From Bacillus subtilis subsp. subtilis str. 168 (GTDB lineage Bacteria; Bacillota; Bacilli; Bacillales; Bacillaceae), in NCBI RefSeq assembly GCF_000009045.1, contig NC_000964.3, positions 2,550,001 through 2,582,000 on the forward strand: a stretch of DNA of 32,000 nucleotides. Reading direction: 5' to 3'. Position 1 is the first letter of the stretch. Every line of letters starts with the position of its first letter. Below the pieces are notes generated by a model that made no database searches, was not told the origin of the DNA, and was given only the letters and a program-made list of their open reading frames with translations. Shown in pieces: positions 26,367 to 32,000 of the stretch. The position numbers and the translations under genes are program-made.

Positions 26367-26720
26367 GTGGAAATTGCTATTATTGCGTTGTTTATCGTCA
26401 GTATAGCGCTAATTGCATTCTCATATTCTCAAAGAGACCCGATGAAAGATGTAGAACAGGAGCTCGAAACACTGCAGCTTTCTGCGATGCAGGAAATTTA
26501 CAAGCTCAAAAAGAAAATGACAGTGCTTGAGGAAGAATTACTGGAAACAAACCTTGTCATTCGCAAATCAAAGCAGAACGACATCAATCAAAAAATCGCT
26601 AAACAAATACTTTCTAAATATAATAACGGTATGTCAGCTGAAGCGATTGCTAAAGCTGAACATGTATCAGTGGAAGACGTGAATACGATTATCAAAGATA
26701 ATGAGAAGGTGCTCGTATGA
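26367..26720 (+). CDS. yqzD: Membrane-anchored coiled-coil protein with a C-terminal HTH-like segment, 117 aa
   Basis: GTG 26367 follows AAGGTGA. It has an N-terminal TM helix (EIAIIALFIVSIALIAF), a heptad-rich middle (LETLQLSAMQEIYKLKKKMTVLEEELLE), and ends with GMSAEAIAKAEHVSVEDVNTIIK. Confidence 0.85.
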   Translation: MEIAIIALFIVSIALIAFSYSQRDPMKDVEQELETLQLSAMQEIYKLKKKMTVLEEELLETNLVIRKSKQNDINQKIAKQILSKYNNGMSAEAIAKAEHVSVEDVNTIIKDNEKVLV

Positions 26721-27181
26721 CAAAACGGGGCATTCAGGCATTTGCTGGCGGCATCATTTTAGCGACAGCCGTTCTTGCAGCTGTTTTTTATCTGACTGAC
26801 GAAGACCAGGCCGCTGCTGTAAAAGATAATAAAACAGTAACCGAACAAGACGTGAACAATTATCTTGATTCTAAAAAATTGGTTTCTGTCAACCGTGATG
26901 AATATCAAAAACTTCTCGATTCAAAAGAGAAATCCTTAAACAATGACAGCGGCTCAGACACGAAATCAGACAAAGTCAAAACCTACAAGCTCACCATTAA
27001 AGACGGCATGAGCACGGCGGATGTATCTGCTATTCTTGAAAAAGAGGGCATTATCTCTTCGGCTCAAGACTTTAATGACTATGTCATTGATGCCGGCTAT
27101 CACAAAGAAATTCGTGCCGGCGAGTTTAAAGTAAAATCAGACATGAGTTTCAAAAAGATCGTAAAAACGTTAACACGATAA
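26717..27181 (+). CDS. yqzC: Membrane-anchored protein with a YceG/MltG N-terminal-like (LysM-like) domain only, 154 aa
   Basis: The ATG overlaps the yqzD stop (ATGA). TM helix GIQAFAGGIILATAVLAAVFYL. The C-terminal TYKLTIKDGMSTADVSAILEKEGII...IRAGEFKVKSDMSFKKIVKTL resembles the non-catalytic N-domain of MltG. Confidence 0.85.
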   Translation: MTKRGIQAFAGGIILATAVLAAVFYLTDEDQAAAVKDNKTVTEQDVNNYLDSKKLVSVNRDEYQKLLDSKEKSLNNDSGSDTKSDKVKTYKLTIKDGMSTADVSAILEKEGIISSAQDFNDYVIDAGYHKEIRAGEFKVKSDMSFKKIVKTLTR

Positions 27182-27210
27182 AAAAACAGGCTGACTCAGC
27201 CTGTTTTTTT
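27181..27210. terminator. Bidirectional terminator between yqzC and pstBB
   Basis: AAAAAACAGGCTG-actc-CAGCCTGTTTTTTT. The T-run abuts the pstBB stop codon. Confidence 0.9.
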
Positions 27211-27992
27211 CATCCAAACTTTCCTGAAATGTAATCGAGCGTTCTTTGGTCCTTCGGGTTAGAGAACATTTTATTCGTATTGTCGCATTCAACAAGCTCG
27301 CCCATGTAGAAAAAGGCGGTTTGATCAGAAACCCTTGCTGCCTGCTGCATGTTATGCGTGACAATGACAATTGTATATTTATCTTTCAGCTCTAGAATGA
27401 GTTCTTCAATTTTTCTCGTTGAGATTGGATCTAGTGCAGATGTCGGTTCATCCATCAGCAAAATATCAGGATTGGTCGCAAGTGCTCTGGCGATGCAAAG
27501 ACGCTGCTGCTGGCCCCCTGACAGCGAAAGAGCGGACGTATGCAATCGATCCTTCACCTCATCCCATAACGCCACGTCTTTTAATGACTTTTCCACAATT
27601 TCCTGAAGCTTCTTCTTATTTTTGGTGCCGTGGACTCTCGGTCCGTAAGCCACATTATCAAAAATAGATTGCGGAAACGGATTCCCTTTTTGGAATACCA
27701 TGCCGATATTTTTTCGCAAATCCACGATGTCCACTTTATCCTTTAAAATGTTGCTGCCATTATAGTTCAGCTCACCTGCAAGCTTTACATTCGGCGTCAT
27801 TTGAATCATTAAATTCAATGTCTTGATAAAGGTCGATTTCCCGCATCCGGATGGTCCGATAATCGCCGTAACCTCATTTTCATAAATGCTCAAATTGATA
27901 TTTTTTAAAGCATGATGCTGCCCATACCATAAGTTCATTCCATTGACTTGATATACTTCCTGTTTCATTACAGCTTCGGTAGCAATACTCAT
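27210..27992 (-). CDS. pstBB: Phosphate ABC transporter ATP-binding protein, second copy, 260 aa
   Basis: Walker [10 protein letters not shown], signature LSGGQQQR, Walker [13 protein letters not shown], and the PstB-type C-terminus YISGKFG. Confidence 0.96.
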
Positions 27993-28002
27993 TGCCGCCC
28001 TC

Positions 28003-28812
28003 CTATCCGAATTTCCCGTTAATATAATCCTCTGTCTTTTGCTTTTTCGGACTCGTGAAAATCTGTTCGGTCTGTCCGTATTCTACAAGCTCGCCGTTTA
28101 AAAAGAATGCCGTCCGGTCAGAAACCCGCAGAGCCTGCTGCATATTGTGCGTGACAATAATAATTGAGTATTCTCTTTTCAATCCTGTAATTAATTCCTC
28201 TATTTTTGCATTTGAAATCGGATCAAGCGCTGAAGCTGGTTCATCAAGCAGAAGAACAGCCGGCTTCATCGCAAGCGTTCTCGCGATGCATAAACGCTGC
28301 TGCTGGCCGCCGGATAACGAGAGTGCGGATGAATGTAAACGATCCTTCACCTCATCCCAGAGCGCTGCTTTTGTTAAACTTTCTTCCACAATTTCATCTA
28401 AAACAGCTTTATTCCGCTCTCCGGCATATTTCAATGCATGTGTGATATTCGCATAGATCGATTTCGGAAATGGATTTGGTTTTTGGAAAACCATTCCGAT
28501 TTCTCTTCTCAAGCTGACAACGTTAATATTGCCGCCCAATATATTTAATCCCTCATAAAGGATTTCACCTTCCGCTCTTGCAGATGGAATTAAATCGTTC
28601 ATTCGGTTAATATTTCTCAAAAAAGTAGATTTTCCGCATCCCGACGGCCCAATTAAAGCAGTCACCGCATTTTTTTCAATATCCATGTTTACATGATGAA
28701 CGGCTTGTTTATTTCCGTAATAAATGGACAGATCTTTGACCTCAAGCACGTGGTTCTGCTTCGGAACAATAACAGCTCGCTCAGGTTTTTCTTTTACCAT
28801 TTGTTCAGACAT
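28003..28812 (-). CDS. pstBA: Phosphate ABC transporter ATP-binding protein, first copy, 269 aa
   Basis: ATG 28812 follows GAAAGAGG and gives [14 protein letters not shown]. The track start at 28875 lies inside pstA. Motifs [35 protein letters not shown]. Confidence 0.95.
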
Positions 28813-28832
28813 GTTTTTCGCCTCTTTCCGTT

Positions 28833-29717
28833 CTAATTTGCCGTAAGCTTTTTGTAGATCATCGTGCCAAGCCATCTCGCCGCGAGATTAAACACAAGAA
28901 CAGAAATCACCAGCACGGCAGAACCACCGTTGGCAATCGCTTCAGCATCCGGAATCATTCCTTGTGTATTGACGTTCCAAATGTGGACCGCAAGTGTTTC
29001 AGCGGGCCTGAAAATATTAAGCGGTGATGTTTCCGAAAACGGGTTCCACTCCGTAAAATTAAGACGCGGTGTTGTCAGGCCTGCCGTAAATAATAATGCG
29101 GCCGCTTCCCCGAACACCCTTCCTGACGCTAAAATTGCTCCTGTGATGATAGAAGGAATCGCACTTGGAATTAAAACTGTTTTTACGGTATGCCAGCGTG
29201 ATACACCTAAAGCGAGAGAGGCTTCCTTCAGATCTTTAGGGACTGAACGGATCGCGTCTTCTGTCACACGCACCATGACAGGAAGGTTAAAAACAGTTAA
29301 CGCAAGCGCTCCGCCTATGATCGTATAACCCCAGCCTGTTAAGTTGACAAACATCAATAATCCAAACATCCCAATGACAATAGACGGAAGAGATGAAAGC
29401 ACCTCTATACATGTTCTAATGAAGTCAGTTACTTTGTTATTAGGCGCGTATTCAGCCATGAAGACTCCGCCGCCCACACCGAGCGGGATTGTAATCAGCA
29501 TTGTAATAAACAAAATATAAAAGGAGTTAAACAGCTGATCTCGTATGCCTCCTCCAGCTGCAATGGCGCTCGACTTTGTTGTAATAAATTGAAAACTGAG
29601 CTGAGAAACACCGTTTATAATAATATAGGAAAACAAACCTACTAAAATGGCAGCGATAATGGCTGCACACAAACCAAACATTCCGGTCGCCAGTTTATCT
29701 GTTATTTTGCGGTTCAT
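28833..29717 (-). CDS. pstA: Phosphate ABC transporter permease PstA, 294 aa
   Basis: 6-TM permease with the EAA-type loop ([20 protein letters not shown]). The ATG overlaps the pstC stop (TAATG). Confidence 0.95.
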   Translation of the reverse strand: MNRKITDKLATGMFGLCAAIIAAILVGLFSYIIINGVSQLSFQFITTKSSAIAAGGGIRDQLFNSFYILFITMLITIPLGVGGGVFMAEYAPNNKVTDFIRTCIEVLSSLPSIVIGMFGLLMFVNLTGWGYTIIGGALALTVFNLPVMVRVTEDAIRSVPKDLKEASLALGVSRWHTVKTVLIPSAIPSIITGAILASGRVFGEAAALLFTAGLTTPRLNFTEWNPFSETSPLNIFRPAETLAVHIWNVNTQGMIPDAEAIANGGSAVLVISVLVFNLAARWLGTMIYKKLTAN

Positions 29718-30646
29718 TACACTTTCCTCCTAGATGACAAGTAGCGAATAAGCAGGATGAACAAGAATGACATCACCAGAAGCACAAGCCCCATTGACCA
29801 CAGCGTATTGTTTTCAACACTTCCGTATGTGGTGTGGCCCATATTCAGCGTGATGATCGTTGTCAGCGTTCCCGCAGTGTCAAACGGGCTTTCCGGCAAT
29901 ACTCTTGTATTTCCAATGACCATCTGAACAGCCAAAGCTTCACCGAACGCCCGAGCCATGCCTAACACAACAGCTGTCATCAATGTTGGAAAAGCTGCAG
30001 GCACAAGTACTTTTCTGATCGTCTGCCATCTTGTGGCACCAAGCGCGTAAGAACCCTCTCGTAAACTCTTCGGAAGAGAAGCCATTGCATCAGCAGAAAT
30101 CGATGTGATCGTCGGCAGAATCATGACGGAAAGGACAATCGTTCCCGCCAATAAACTGTGCCCTGTTCCGCTCGATTTGAACTGGGCGATAAACGGCACC
30201 AATACTGTAAGACCTATGAATCCATAAACAACAGATGGAATACCGACTAAAAGCTCAATCACCGGCTGCAGCACTTTCTTTCCCCAATTCGGGGCAATCT
30301 CTGTCATAAAAATCGCACCTGCAATGCCAAGCGGCGCAGCGATTAGAGCAGAAAGAATCGTTACTGCAAATGAGCCAAAAATAAATGGCAGCACTCCGTA
30401 TTTCGGATCACTATCTGTAGGATTCCAATTTAAGCTCGTTAAGAATTCAATTGGGCTTACACCATTTACAAGAAAAGATTGCAGCCCCTTAACGCCGAGG
30501 AAAATGGTAATCGCAACAGATGCCGCAATCATAATCAGTGCACAAGCTGTGACTATCATTCTTCCCCGAACTTCATCCAATTGCCGATTTTGCCTAGAGC
30601 TGATTAAGCGCTCGCTCACAGACATATTTTCTCTATTGTTTATCAT
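29717..30646 (-). CDS. pstC: Phosphate ABC transporter permease PstC, 309 aa
   Basis: Polytopic permease with the EAA-type loop (EGSYALGATRWQTIRKVLVP). Lies between pstS and pstA. Confidence 0.95.
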   Translation of the reverse strand: MINNRENMSVSERLISSRQNRQLDEVRGRMIVTACALIMIAASVAITIFLGVKGLQSFLVNGVSPIEFLTSLNWNPTDSDPKYGVLPFIFGSFAVTILSALIAAPLGIAGAIFMTEIAPNWGKKVLQPVIELLVGIPSVVYGFIGLTVLVPFIAQFKSSGTGHSLLAGTIVLSVMILPTITSISADAMASLPKSLREGSYALGATRWQTIRKVLVPAAFPTLMTAVVLGMARAFGEALAVQMVIGNTRVLPESPFDTAGTLTTIITLNMGHTTYGSVENNTLWSMGLVLLVMSFLFILLIRYLSSRRKV

Positions 30647-30671
30647 TGTTTTACACTCCTATGAATGTGTT

Positions 30672-30704
30672 AAGAGGAGAAACGGTTGTCCCCGCACTCC
30701 TCTT
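30672..30704 (-). other. Intercistronic stem-loop between pstS and pstC
   Basis: - strand: AAGAGGAG-tgcggggacaaccgtttc-CTCCTCTT, 11 nt after the pstS stop. No U-run follows, so this is not a classical terminator. Confidence 0.6.
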
Positions 30705-30714
30705 TTTATTAAGA

Positions 30715-31617
30715 TCAGCTTTGCTTCCCGTTGGCATCACGTGTCACTTTCATATCAGTAACCGGAATGTAGCCTTGGTCAGTAACAATGCTTTTTTGAA
30801 TGTCTTCACTCTTTAGATAATCAAGAAATTCTTTAGCTAAACCTGTCGCTTCACCTTTTGTATAAGAATGTTGATAAGCCCAGATCGGATACTCGCCAGT
30901 TGCTACATTTTTCGCTTCAGGTTTAACACCGTCAATAGATAGAGCAGTTACTTTGTCATCTGTTAAATATGAGAATGCAAGATATCCAATCGCTCCCGGA
31001 GTATCAGCAATGATCTTTTTCACCGTGTTGGAGGAATCTTCAGTAATGCCTTCTGCAGGCTCCGCTCCGTCAAGCGCATATTTCACAAATGTAGCACGTG
31101 TGCCGGAAGAATCAGGGCGGTTTACAAGTGTAATCTTTTGGTCTTTGCCGCCGAGCTCTTTCCAGTTTTTGATTTTGCCAGTGAAGATTTTTTTCAATTC
31201 ATCTTTTGAAATATCCTTTACACCAGCATCAGGGTTTACAGCTGCTGCCATACCAACTACAGCGACTTGATGATCGACAAGCGCTTTTGCATCGATGCCT
31301 TCTTTTTCTTCAGCAAAAACGTCTGAATTCCCGATCTGAACAGCTCCTTCAGAGACTTGAGAAAGCCCTGTTCCAGAACCGCCAGCTTGTACCTGTATAT
31401 CAGCATCAGGGTTTTCTTCCATAAATTTTTCCGCGGCTGCAAGTACTAGTGGCTGCATTGCCGATGAACCAGAAATGGTTAAAGAACCTGATGCCTTTTC
31501 TTCTCCTTTTGCAGAATCGCTATTCGATTTTTTACTTTCTCCTGCATTTCCGCATGCAGCTGCAATCATCATAAAAGCAGCCATCAGAAGCATAAGCACC
31601 AATTTGTTTTTTTTCAT
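30715..31617 (-). CDS. pstS: Phosphate-binding lipoprotein PstS, 300 aa
   Basis: Lipobox MMIAAA|C. PBP-fold motifs (GSSAMQPL, GGSGTG, RPDSSGTR) typical of PstS. Confidence 0.96.
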   Translation of the reverse strand: MKKNKLVLMLLMAAFMMIAAACGNAGESKKSNSDSAKGEEKASGSLTISGSSAMQPLVLAAAEKFMEENPDADIQVQAGGSGTGLSQVSEGAVQIGNSDVFAEEKEGIDAKALVDHQVAVVGMAAAVNPDAGVKDISKDELKKIFTGKIKNWKELGGKDQKITLVNRPDSSGTRATFVKYALDGAEPAEGITEDSSNTVKKIIADTPGAIGYLAFSYLTDDKVTALSIDGVKPEAKNVATGEYPIWAYQHSYTKGEATGLAKEFLDYLKSEDIQKSIVTDQGYIPVTDMKVTRDANGKQS

Positions 31618-31679
31618 TTCCTGAATTCCCCCTGCGTATAATGTGTAATTTGTCCTACACGTATAGAGTAAAGGTTCTA

Positions 31680-31718
31680 TGTAAAAAGGGTTTGAACCGA
31701 ATGTTAAGGTTTTGTAAA
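31680..31718 (-). promoter_or_regulatory. PhoP~P binding boxes of the pst promoter
   Basis: - strand: TTTACA-aaacc-TTAACA-ttcgg-TTCAAA-ccctt-TTTACA. These are four direct TT(A/T/C)ACA-like hexamers at 11-bp phasing, the published Pho-box architecture, 63-101 nt upstream of the pstS ATG. Confidence 0.8.
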
Positions 31719-31736
31719 TCAGTGCGTTTTTTGTAT

Positions 31737-31772
31737 AAAAAAAACGCCCACATCATGTGAGCGTTTTTTTTT
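31737..31772 (-). terminator. Rho-independent terminator after pbpA
   Basis: - strand: ACGCTCACAT-ga-TGTGGGCGT followed by T8. There is a G.U pair on the - strand RNA versus a C.A mismatch on the + strand. It starts directly after the pbpA stop. Confidence 0.88.
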
Positions 31773-32000
31773 AGTTATCAGAAGACGTTGTGTTTTCTGC
31801 ATTTTCTTCAATTTTGTCTTTATTCTTTTGCTGAGTACCTTCTTTGTCCTGCTTCGATTTCAGCTCAAAATATTTATCCATTACTTCCCTGCCGATTTCG
31901 TTTGTAATTGAGTATCTTTGATTGTAATCAATGTAAGTCCAAGGAACTACGACAGAAATAGCAATCTCAGGATTGTCAGCTGGTGCATAAGCCACAAGCG
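31771..32000 (-). CDS. pbpA: Penicillin-binding protein 2A, C-terminal end only (5' part beyond the window)
   Basis: The frame is open to the window edge. ...AYAPADNPEIAISVVVPW is the end of a class B PBP transpeptidase domain, followed by a Lys/Glu-rich tail ending TTSSDN*. Confidence 0.85.
   Translation of the reverse strand, partial: LVAYAPADNPEIAISVVVPWTYIDYNQRYSITNEIGREVMDKYFELKSKQDKEGTQQKNKDKIEENAENTTSSDN

Noticed and set aside
26101-26406. 101-aa + strand track ORF across the yqgL/yqzD divergent promoter region
   Set aside because: It begins inside yqgL on the antisense strand, runs through AT-rich promoter DNA and ends inside yqzD out of frame. The Lys-rich translation reflects A-runs rather than a protein.
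27349-28456. Similar peptides (..CCWPPD.E.AD.C.RSFTSS..) in the antisense ORFs of pstBB and pstBA, which look superficially like a repeated hidden gene
   Set aside because: The similarity is the mirror image of the conserved LSGGQQQR/Walker B region of two paralogous ABC ATPases. It is a consequence of the tandem duplication, not an independent coding repeat.
31724-31770. Alternative pairing GCGTTTTTT/AAAAAACGC overlapping the pbpA terminator, which raises the question of an attenuator for pst
   Set aside because: It is simply the A-run and T-run flanks of a bidirectional-style terminator pairing with each other. It lies upstream of the PhoP boxes, so it is outside the pst transcript.

Overview
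I recognise this window, from memory of the proteins and their order and without a database search, as core chromosome of Bacillus subtilis (168-type). The gene order is yqhH'-yqhG, sinI-sinR, tasA-sipW-tapA (biofilm matrix operon), yqzG, yqzE, comGG-comGA (competence pseudopilus operon), yqxL(corA)/yqhB, rsbRD, tRNA-Gln, mgsR, yqgY-yqgL, yqzD-yqzC, pstBB-pstBA-pstA-pstC-pstS and the 3' end of pbpA. I call 46 CDS (2 cut by the window edges), 1 tRNA and 1 gene remnant. I also call a set of rho-independent terminators, many of them bidirectional between convergent genes, and several regulatory sites: SinR operator, ComK K-box, SigB promoter and PhoP boxes. Four real genes fall below the ORF-track size cut-off and were found by hand: sinI, yqzE, yqgO and rpmGA. 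About a dozen track ORFs begin too far upstream, and I corrected those starts using RBS position and known protein N-termini. I see no CRISPR array, transposase, integrase, prophage, defence island or large repeat. I do not find a convincing new multi-gene system here, because this is an ordinary, well-studied housekeeping and developmental region. Four sequence-level observations seem most worth a second look. (1) The pilin-like N-terminus of comGF lies upstream of its only canonical start codon, inside the overlap with comGE. (2) An apparent CBS-domain gene remnant with an in-frame stop sits in the long 3' region of corA. (3) An isolated tRNA-Gln without an encoded CCA lies antisense between the SigB-regulon genes mgsR and rsbRD. 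(4) Several translationally coupled gene pairs have no assigned function: yqhH-yqhG, yqgL-yqgM and yqzD-yqzC.
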